In this document: positions 40,306-50,600 of the stretch, one piece after another
How positions within the stretch are numbered: the first letter of the stretch is position 1
Layout of the letters: every line of letters begins with the position of its first letter
Source of the DNA: Auanema rhodensis
Lineage: Eukaryota > Animalia > Nematoda
DNA: 64,000 nucleotides
Assembly: GCA_964057225.1 (NCBI GenBank)
Contig: OZ059894.1
Coordinates: forward strand, 3,100,001-3,164,000
Direction of reading: 5' to 3'
Position numbers and translations under genes: made by a program
Notes under the pieces: model-generated
What the model saw: only the letters and a program-made list of their open reading frames with translations
What the model was told of the DNA's origin: nothing
Database searches by the model: none

Positions 40306-41225
40306 AAGGAATATCGGACCAGACCAAACTACTATTGGTAAACGCTTTCGCTCCTGGTACCCGAAAACAATATAACACGGCTTACAGAGCTTGGGAGAAT
40401 TATTGCAAGCTATCCCAGATCGAGTTCATCCCCAATGCAAAAAATGTTGCCAATTTCTTAGCCCATCGGGCAGAGAACAACGGTTTTTCCTCAGCTGCTA
40501 CAGCAAGGGCGGCTCTCTGCCTTCTCGCTGAACACTATTCCGTAACTCCCCCACTCCGGGACGATCCGATGTTAAAAAAGCTTCTCCGCGGGATATATCG
40601 TTCCAAGCCTCCACACGCTAGATACATGGATATCTGGGACCCTTCTACGGTCTTGGCTCACCTAGAAAGTCTAGGTCCTAACGATTCGCTGTCCTTAGAT
40701 TGTCTAACCCGCAAGCTTGCTACCCTCTTAGCTATGTGCTCCCCTCAACGAGCATCGGAACTATCGGCGCTATCACTCGACCACATGCGCTTTGACACAC
40801 GAGGGGTCACCTTCTTCATCGAATTCAGGAACAAGAATAGGGGCAAGGGCCCTCCCCGCGAAGCTTGTTTCGAAAGCCATTCAGAACGCCCTCTTGTCTG
40901 CCCCATTGATTGCATAAATGCCTACCTGTCGGCTACCATGCATACTCGTCGATCGCGAAACCTTCTAGTTAGCATTAACAGAGGAGAACCAGTAGTCGCA
41001 ACTACGGTAGCGGGTTGGATTAGAACTTGCCTAGAAGAAGCGGGAATCCCCACAAAATTCAAAGCTCACTCAGTACGTGCTGCCGCTACGTCCAAAGCTT
41101 TTGAGAATGGACTGCCTGTCAAAACTATTTTAGACGCAGCTAACTGGGCCTCGGAAAGCACCTTCTTCAAACACTATTGCAAGAGACGCTCTTTCCAGGA
41201 CTCCTTATTTTCTTTAACTAGCTAA
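40140..41225 (+). CDS. Tyrosine recombinase (DIRS integrase); true start uncertain, possibly translated by -1 frameshift from the upstream ORF
   Basis: The catalytic set is present: R in SPQRASEL (40749), HSVR (41067-41078), W in ANWAS and Y in FKHY (41175). An N-terminal helical domain (APGTRKQYNTAYRAWENYC) precedes them. The frame is open from 39933, but the first ATG is only at 40569. Confidence 0.93.
   Translation: MEKPDLVSPSVPTSPGTPNEPPSSQPSPRQERQLSPPPGDKKFFPGGVEDFTASIEGISDQTKLLLVNAFAPGTRKQYNTAYRAWENYCKLSQIEFIPNAKNVANFLAHRAENNGFSSAATARAALCLLAEHYSVTPPLRDDPMLKKLLRGIYRSKPPHARYMDIWDPSTVLAHLESLGPNDSLSLDCLTRKLATLLAMCSPQRASELSALSLDHMRFDTRGVTFFIEFRNKNRGKGPPREACFESHSERPLVCPIDCINAYLSATMHTRRSRNLLVSINRGEPVVATTVAGWIRTCLEEAGIPTKFKAHSVRAAATSKAFENGLPVKTILDAANWASESTFFKHYCKRRSFQDSLFSLTS
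40263..40300 (+). promoter_or_regulatory. Candidate programmed -1 ribosomal frameshift signal (slippery heptamers + stem-loop)
   Basis: In the ORF1 frame: A_AAT_TTT (40263-40269) and overlapping T_TTT_TTC (40266-40272). These are followed by CTGGCGG (40273-40279) pairing with CCGCCAG (40294-40300). The -1 frame is the recombinase frame. Confidence 0.6.
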
Positions 41226-41296
41226 CAGTCGAATAAATATAATAGAATTTTTTTACTATAATAAGACGTAAAAAAGAGATTATATTTATTCGACTG
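41219..41296 (+). other. Internal complementary region (ICR) of the DIRS element
   Basis: 41219-41243 is the reverse complement of the left terminus 37239-37263 (25 bp). 41241-41296 is the reverse complement of the right terminus 41625-41680 (56 bp). The two halves overlap on AAT at 41241-41243. Confidence 0.96.
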
Positions 41297-41482
41297 GAGT
41301 CCCACCTTCCACCCCTTGGTCTCCACCTACGGAGTCCCTTCCTCGCGCTCTCTAGATTACGTTTTTCTTTAGATTCCGACGCCCCTCGAAGAACCCAGTT
41401 CCACGAAGATAGATCCTGCTCATCCCTATCCGAAGATCTCTCTGTCAGTATCGTTTTGTATCCCCTTTAACTTTTTAGAAAT

Positions 41483-41642
41483 TATGAAGTGTTTTACTGA
41501 TAGAATTGACTTGAGAACCCGGTTCCCGCCAATACTTAAAGCCCGCCTTTCCCACGGTCTTATTACCCTATTCAAAAAAAAATTTTTTTTTGTAACGTGA
41601 GGTCAATGTAAACAATATAGCTAACAGTCGAATAAATATAAT
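41483..41642 (-). repeat. Right inverted terminal repeat (160 bp) of the DIRS element
   Basis: TATGAAGTGTTTTACTG...CAGTCGAATAAATATAAT is the reverse complement of 37239-37398. Confidence 0.96.
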
Positions 41643-41680
41643 CTCTTTTTTACGTCTTATTATAGTAAAAAAATTCTATT
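41643..41680 (+). other. Right extension (rE) of the right ITR
   Basis: 38 bp (CTCTTTTTTACGTCTTATTATAGTAAAAAAATTCTATT) beyond the ITR, absent from the left end and complementary to ICR 41241-41278. Confidence 0.93.
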
Positions 41681-44600
41681 TTTGTATTAAGCGTTTTTCA
41701 ATGTAGTATAGTGCATTCGATGCGGATTTTCAAGCTGCGTCGATCTGTGTTATCAGATTTGCGCTAGCTTAAAAATGCACCGAGATATCAACTGATATAA
41801 GTTCACACTTATATCCTCGATTTTCACCCTGAAGAATTAATTTTTTCGATGAATAACATTGTCCATCGTCTTTGCCTTGAAAAAAGGAGTCTAAAAACAT
41901 CTACTTTTCGCTAAATTATTTTGAAATTTTTCGAAAAAATTTTTGTCAAAATGTTTTTGGAAGCAATGTTGAGTGTACATGGAAACTCAACATACACTAA
42001 TGCATCATTTTTCAAACGATTATAACTAATTTTTGTATTAAGCGTTTTTCAATGTAGTATAGTGCATTCGATGCGGATTTTCAAGCTGCGTCGATCTGTG
42101 TTATCAGATTTGCGCTAGCTTAAAAATGCACCGAGATATCAACTGATATAAGTTCACACTTATATCCTCGATTTTCACCCTGAAGAATTAATTTTTTCGT
42201 TGAATAACATTGTCCATCGTCTTTGCCTTGAAAAAAGGAATCTAAAAACATCTACTTTTCGCTAAATTATTTTGAAATTTTTCGAAAAAATTTTTGTCAA
42301 AATGTTTTTGGAAGCAATGTTGAGTGTACATGGAAACTCAACATACACTAATGCATCATTTTTCAAACAATCATAACTAATTTTTGTATTAAGCGTTTTT
42401 CAATGTAGTATAGTGCATTCGATGCGGATTTTTAAGCTGCGTCGATCTGTGTTATCCGATTTGCGCTAGCTGAAAAATGCACCGAGATATCAACTGATAT
42501 AAGTTCACACTTATATCCTCGATTTTCACCCTGAAGAATTAATTTTTTCGTTGAATAACATTGTCCATCGTCTTTGCCTTGAAAAAAAGAATCTAAAAAC
42601 ATCTACTTTTTGCTAAATTATTTTGAAATTTTTCGAAAAAATTTTTGTCAAAATGTTTTTGGAAGCAATGTTGAGTGTACATGGAAACTCAACATACACT
42701 AATGCATCATTTTTCAAACGATCATAACTAATTTTTGTATTGAGCGTTTTTCATTGTAGTATAGTGCATTCGATGCGGATTTTTAAGCTGCGTCGAGCTG
42801 TGTTATCAGATTTGCGCTAGCTTAAAAATGCACCGAGATATCAACTGATATAAGTTCACACATATATCCTCGATTTTCACCCTGAAGAATTAATTTTTTC
42901 GTTGAATAACATTGTCCATCGTCTTTGCCTTGAAAAAAAGAATCTAAAAACATCTACTTTTCGCTAAATTATTTTGAAATTTTTCGAAAAAATTTTTGTC
43001 AAAATGTTTTTGGAAGCAATGTTGAGTGTACATGGAAACTCAACATACACTAATGCATCATTTTTCAAACGATCATAACTAATTTTTGTATTAAGCGTTT
43101 TTCAATGTAGTATAGTGCATTCGATGCGGATTTTTAAGCTGCGTCGATCTGTGTTATCAGATTTGCGCTAGCTTAAAAATGCACCGAGATATCAACTGAT
43201 ATAAGTTCACACTTATATCCTCGATTTTCACCCTGAAGAATTAATTTTTTCGTTGAATAACATTGTCCATCGTCTTTGCCTTGAAAAAAGGAATCTAAAA
43301 ACATCTACTTTTCGCTAAATTATTTTGAAATTTTTCGAAAAAATTTTTGTCAAAATGTTTTTGGAAGCAATGTTGAGTGTACATGGAAACTCAACATACA
43401 CTAATGCATCATTTTTCAAACGATCATAACTAATTTTTGTATTAAGCGTTTTTCAATGTAGTATAGTGCATTCGATGCGGATTTTCAAGCTGCGTCGATC
43501 TGTGTTATCAGATTTGCGCTAGCTTAAAAATGCACCGATATATCAACTGATAAAAGTTCACACTTATATCCTCGATTTTCACCCTGAAGAATTAATTTTT
43601 TCGATGAATAACATTGTCCATCGTCTTTGCCTTGAAAAAAGGAATCTAAAAACATCTACTTTTCGCTAAATTATTTTGAAATTTTTCGAAAAAATTTTTG
43701 TCAAAATGTTTTTGGAAGCAATGTTGAGTGTACATGGAAACTCAACATACACTAATGCATCATTTTTCAAACGATCATAACTAATTTTTGTATTGAGCGT
43801 TTTTCATTGTAGTATAGTGCATTCGATGCGGATTTTTAAGCTGCGTCGAGCTGTGTTATCAGATTTGCGCTAGCTTAAAAATGCACCGAGATATCAACTG
43901 ATATAAGTTCACACATATATCCTCGATTTTCACCCTGAAGAATTAATTTTTTCGATGAATAACATTGTCCATCGTCTTTGCCTTGAAAAAAGGAATCTAA
44001 AAACATCTACTTTTCGCTAAATTATTTTGAAATTTTTCGAAAAAATTTTTGTCAAAATGTTTTTGGAAGCAATGTTGAGTGTACATGGAAACTCAACATA
44101 CACTAATGCATCATTTTTCAAACAATCATAACTAATTTTTGTATTAAGCGTTTTTCAATGTAGTATAGTGCATTCGATGCGGATTTTTAAGCTGCGTCGA
44201 TCTGTGTTATCCGATTTGCGCTAGCTTAAAAATGCACCGAGATATCAACTGATATAAGTTCACACTTATATCCTCGATTTTCACCCTGAAGAATTAATTT
44301 TTTCGTTGAATAACATTGTCCATCGTCTTTGCCTTGGAAAAAAGAATCTAAAAACATCTACTTTTTGCTAAATTATTTTGAAATTTTTCGAAAAAATTTT
44401 TGTCAAAATGTTTTTGGAAGCAATGTTGAGTGTACATGGAAACTCAACATACACTAATGCATCATTTTTCAAACGATTATAACTAATTTTTGTATTAAGC
44501 GTTTTTCAATGTAGTATAGTGCATTCGATGCGGATTTTCAAGCTGCGTCGATCTGTGTTATCAGATTTGCGCTAGCTTAAAAATGCACCGAGATATCAAC

Positions 44601-47600
44601 TGATATAAGTTCACACTTATATCCTCGATTTTCACCCTGAAGAATTAATTTTTTCGTTGAATAACATTGTCCATCGTCTTTGCCTTGAAAAAAGGAATCT
44701 AAAAACATCTACTTTTCGCTAAATTATTTTGAAATTTTTCGAAAAAATTTTTGTCAAAATGTTTTTGGAAGCAATGTTGAGTGTACATGGAAACTCAACA
44801 TACACTAATGCATCATTTTTCAAACAATCATAACTAATTTTTGTATTAAGCGTTTTTCAATGTAGTATAGTGCATTCGATGCGGATTTTTAAGCTGCGTC
44901 GATCTGTGTTATCCGATTTGCGCTAGCTGAAAAATGCAACGAGATATCAACTGATATAAGTTCACACTTATATCCTCGATTTTCACCCTGAAGAATTAAT
45001 TTTTTCGTTGAATAACATTGTCCATCGTCTTTGCCTTGAAAAAAAGAATCTAAAAACATCTACTTTTTGCTAAATTATTTTGAAATTTTTCGAAAAAATT
45101 TTTGTCAAAATGTTTTTGGAAGCAATGTTGAGTGTACATGGAAACTCAACATACACTAATGCATCATTTTTCAAACAATCATAACTAATTTTTGTATTGA
45201 GCGTTTTTCAATGTAGTATAGTGCATTCGATGCGGATTTTTAAGCTGCGTCGAGCTGTGTTATCAGATTTGCGCTAGCTTAAAAATGCACCGAGATATCA
45301 ACTGATATAAGTTCACACATATATCCTCGATTTTCACCCTGAAGAATTAATTTTTTCGTTGAATAACATTGTCCATCGTCTTTGCCTTGAAAAAAGGAAT
45401 CTAAAAACATCTACTTTTCGCTAAATTATTTTGAAATTTTTCGAAAAAATTTTTGTCAAAATGTTTTTGGAAGCAATGTTGAGTGTACATGGAAACTCAA
45501 CATACACTAATGCATCATTTTTCAAACGATTATAACTAATTTTTGTATTAAGCGTTTTTCAATGTAGTATAGTGCATTCGATGCGGATTTTCAAGCTGCG
45601 TCGATCTGTGTTATCAGATTTGCGCTAGCTTAAAAATGCACCGAGATATCAACTGATATAAGTTCACACTTATATCCTCGATTTTCACCCTGAAGAAATA
45701 ATTTTTTCGTTGAATAACATTGTCCATCGTCTTTGCCTTGAAAAAAGGAATCTAAAAACATCTACTTTTCGCTAAATTATTTTGAAATTTTTCGAAAAAA
45801 TTTTTGTCAAAATGTTTTTGGAAGCAATGTTGAGTGTACATGGAAACTCAACATACACTAATGCATCATTTTTCAAACAATCATAACTAATTTTTGTATT
45901 AAGCGTTTTTCAATGTAGTATAGTGCATTCGATGCGGATTTTTAAGCTGCGTCGATCTGTGTTATCCGATTTGCGCTAGCTGAAAAATGCAACGAGATAT
46001 CAACTGATATAAGTTCACACTTATATCCTCGATTTTCACCCTGAAGAATTAATTTTTTCGTTGAATAACATTGTCCATCGTCTTTGCCTTGAAAAAAAGA
46101 ATCTAAAAACATCTACTTTTTGCTAAATTATTTTGAAATTTTTCGAAAAAATTTTTGTCAAAATGTTTTTGGAAGCAATGTTGAGTGTACATGGAAACTC
46201 AACATACACTAATGCATCATTTTTCAAACAATCATAACTAATTTTTGTATTGAGCGTTTTTCAATGTAGTATAGTGCATTCGATGCGGATTTTCAAGCTG
46301 CGTCGATCTGTGTTATCAGATTTGCGCTAGCTTAAAAATGCACCGAGATATCAACTGATATAAGTTCACACTTATATCCTCGATTTTCACCCTGAAGAAA
46401 TAATTTTTTCGTTGAATAACATTGTCCATCGTCTTTGCCTTGAAAAAAGGAATCTAAAAACATCTACTTTTCGCTAAATTATTTTGAAATTTTTCGAAAA
46501 AATTTTTGTCAAAATGTTTTTGGAAGCAATGTTGAGTGTACATGGAAACTCAACATACACTAATGCATCATTTTTCAAACAATCATAACTAATTTTTGTA
46601 TTAAGCGTTTTTCAATGTAGTATAGTGCATTCGATGCGGATTTTTAAGCTGCGTCGATCTGTGTTATCCGATTTGCGCTAGCTGAAAAATGCAACGAGAT
46701 ATCAACTGATATAAGTTCACACTTATATCCTCGATTTTCACCCTGAAGAATTAATTTTTTCGTTGAATAACATTGTCCATCGTCTTTGCCTTGAAAAAAA
46801 GAATCTAAAAACATCTACTTTTTGCTAAATTATTTTGAAATTTTTCGAAAAAATTTTTGTCAAAATGTTTTTGGAAGCAATGTTGAGTGTACATGGAAAC
46901 TCAACATACACTAATGCATCATTTTTCAAACAATCATAACTAATTTTTGTATTGAGCGTTTTTCAATGTAGTATAGTGCATTCGATGCGGATTTTTAAGC
47001 TGCGTCGAGCTGTGTTATCAGATTTGCGCTAGCTTAAAAATGCACCGAGATATCAACTGATATAAGTTCACACATATATCCTCGATTTTCACCCTGAAGA
47101 ATTAATTTTTTCGTTGAATAACATTGTCCATCGTCTTTGCCTTGAAAAAAGGAATCTAAAAACATCTACTTTTCGCTAAATTATTTTGAAATTTTTCGAA
47201 AAAATTTTTGTCAAAATGTTTTTGGAAGCAATGTTGAGTGTACATGGAAACTCAACATACACTAATGCATCATTTTTCAAACAATCATAACTAATTTTTG
47301 TATTGAGCGTTTTTCAATGTAGTATAGTGCATTCGATGCGGATTTTTAAGCTGCGTCGAGCTGTGTTATCAGATTTGCGCTAGCTTAAAAATGCACCGAG
47401 ATATCAACTGATATAAGTTCACACATATATCCTCGATTTTCACCCTGAAGAATTAATTTTTTCGTTGAATAACATTGTCCATCGTCTTTGCCTTGAAAAA
47501 AGGAATCTAAAAACATCTACTTTTCGCTAAATTATTTTGAAATTTTTCGAAAAAATTTTTGTCAAAATGTTTTTGGAAGCAATGTTGAGTGTACATGGAA

Positions 47601-50600
47601 ACTCAACATACACTAATGCATCATTTTTCAAACAATCATAACTAATTTTTGTATTGAGCGTTTTTCAATGTAGTATAGTGCATTCGATGCGGATTTTTAA
47701 GCTGCGTCGAGCTGTGTTATCAGATTTGCGCTAGCTTAAAAATGCACCGAGATATCAACTGATATAAGTTCACACATATATCCTCGATTTTCACCCTGAA
47801 GAATTAATTTTTTCGTTGAATAACATTGTCCATCGTCTTTGCCTTGAAAAAAGGAATCTAAAAACATCTACTTTTCGCTAAATTATTTTGAAATTTTTCG
47901 AAAAAATTTTTGTCAAAATGTTTTTGGAAGCAATGTTGAGTGTACATGGAAACTCAACATACACTAATGCATCATTTTTCAAACGATTATAACTAATTTT
48001 TGTATTAAGCGTTTTTCAATGTAGTATAGTGCATTCGATGCGGATTTTCAAGCTGCGTCGATCTGTGTTATCAGATTTGCGCTAGCTTAAAAATGCACCG
48101 AGATATCAACTGATATAAGTTCACACTTATATCCTCGATTTTCACCCTGAAGAATTAATTTTTTCGTTGAATAACATTGTCCATCGTCTTTGCCTTGAAA
48201 AAAGGAATCTAAAAACATCTACTTTTCGCTAAATTATTTTGAAATTTTTCGAAAAAATTTTTGTCAAAATGTTTTTGGAAGCAATGTTGAGTGTACATGG
48301 AAACTCAACATACACTAATGCATCATTTTTCAAACGATTATAACTAATTTTTGTATTAAGCGTTTTTCAATGTAGTATAGTGCATTCGATGCGGATTTTC
48401 AAGCTGCGTCGATCTGTGTTATCAGATTTGCGCTAGCTTAAAAATGCACCGAGATATCAACTGATATAAGTTCACACTTATATCCTCGATTTTCACCCTG
48501 AAGAATTAATTTTTTCGTTGAATAACATTGTCCATCGTCTTTGCCTTGAAAAAAGGAATCTAAAAACATCTACTTTTCGCTAAATTATTTTGAAATTTTT
48601 CGAAAAAATTTTTGTCAAAATGTTTTTGGAAGCAATGTTGAGTGTACATGGAAACTCAACATACACTAATGCATCATTTTTCAAACAATCATAACTAATT
48701 TTTGTATTAAGCGTTTTTCAATGTAGTATAGTGCATTCGATGCGGATTTTCAAGCTGCGTCGATCTGTGTTATCAGATTTGCGCTAGCTTAAAAATGCAC
48801 CGAGATATCAACTGATATAAGTTCACACTTATATCCTCGATTTTCACCCTGAAGAATTAATTTTTTCGATGAATAACATTGTCCATCGTCTTTGCCTTGA
48901 AAAAAGGAGTCTAAAAACATCTACTTTTCGCTAAATTATTTTGAAATTTTTCGAAAAAATTTTTGTCAAAATGTTTTTGGAAGCAATGTTGAGTGTACAT
49001 GGAAACTCAACATACACTAATGCATCATTTTTCAAACAATCATAACTAATTTTTGTATTAAGCGTTTTTCAATGTAGTATAGTGCATTCGATGCGGATTT
49101 TTAAGCTGCGTCGATCTGTGTTATCCGATTTGCGCTAGCTGAAAAATGCACCGAGATATCAACTGATATAAGTTCACACTTATATCCTCGATTTTCACCC
49201 TGAAGAATTAATTTTTTCGTTGAATAACATTGTCCATCGTCTTTGCCTTGAAAAAAAGAATCTAAAAACATCTACTTTTTGCTAAATTATTTTGAAATTT
49301 TTCGAAAAAATTTTTGTCAAAATGTTTTTGGAAGCAATGTTGAGTGTACATGGAAACTCAACATACACTAATGCATCATTTTTCAAACGATCATAACTAA
49401 TTTTTGTATTGAGCGTTTTTCATTGTAGTATAGTGCATTCGATGCGGATTTTTAAGCTGCGTCGAGCTGTGTTATCAGATTTGCGCTAGCTTAAAAATGC
49501 ACCGAGATATCAACTGATATAAGTTCACACATATATCCTCGATTTTCACCCTGAAGAATTAATTTTTTCGTTGAATAACATTGTCCATCGTCTTTGCCTT
49601 GAAAAAAAAATCTAAAAACATCTACTTTTTGCTAAATTATTTTGAAATTTTTCGAAAAAATTTTTGTCAAAATGTTTTTGGAAGCAATGTTGAGTGTACA
49701 TGGAAACTCAACATACACTAATGCATCATTTTTCAAACGATCATAACTAATTTTTGTATTGAGCGTTTTTCATTGTAGTATAGTGCATTCGATGCGGATT
49801 TTTAAGCTGCGTCGAGCTGTGTTATCAGATTTGCGCTAGCTTAAAAATGCACCGAGATATCAACTGATATAAGTTCACACATATATCCTCGATTTTCACC
49901 CTGAAGAATTAATTTTTTCGTTGAATAACATTGTCCATCGTCTTTGCCTTGAAAAAAAAAATCTAAAAACATCTACTTTTTGCTAAATTATTTTGAAATT
50001 TTTCGAAAAAATTTTTGTCAAAATGTTTTTGGAAGCAATGTTGAGTGTACATGGAAACTCAACATACACTAATGCATCATTTTTCAAACGATCATAACTA
50101 ATTTTTGTATTGAGCGTTTTTCATTGTAGTATAGTGCATTCGATGCGGATTTTTAAGCTGCGTCGAGCTGTGTTATCAGATTTGCGCTAGCTTAAAAATG
50201 CACCGAGATATCAACTGATATAAGTTCACACATATATCCTCGATTTTCACCCTGAAGAATTAATTTTTTCGTTGAATAACATTGTCCATCGTCTTTGCCT
50301 TGAAAAAAGGAATCTAAAAACATCTACTTTTCGCTAAATTATTTTGAAATTTTTCGAAAAAATTTTTGTCAAAATGTTTTTGGAAGCAATGTTGAGTGTA
50401 CATGGAAACTCAACATACACTAATGCATCATTTTTCAAACGATCATAACTAATTTTTGTATTGAGCGTTTTTCATTGTAGTATAGTGCATTCGATGCGGA
50501 TTTTCAAGCTGCGTCGATCTGTGTTATCAGATTTGCGCTAGCTTAAAAATGCACCGAGATATCAACTGATATAAGTTCACACTTATATCCTCGATTTTCA

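Larger units (their letters stand above)
37239..41680 (+). mobile_element. DIRS1-type tyrosine-recombinase retrotransposon, full length, apparently intact
   Basis: It has RT, RNase H, MT-like and tyrosine recombinase coding regions, inverted terminal repeats, a right extension and an ICR complementary to both termini. ATT is present at both junctions (37239-37241 and 41678-41680). The interior is visibly more GC-rich than the flanking satellite. This architecture defines the DIRS1 group. Confidence 0.97.

Noticed and set aside
37570-40378. Nine short minus-strand ORFs within the element
   Set aside because: They are antisense shadows of the GC-richer sense ORFs, with no recognisable domains.
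37239-41680. LTR retrotransposon, Ngaro/PAT element, or phage/integron integrase
   Set aside because: The termini are inverted with an ICR rather than direct or split-direct repeats. There is no DDE integrase or protease and no 4-6-bp target-site duplication.
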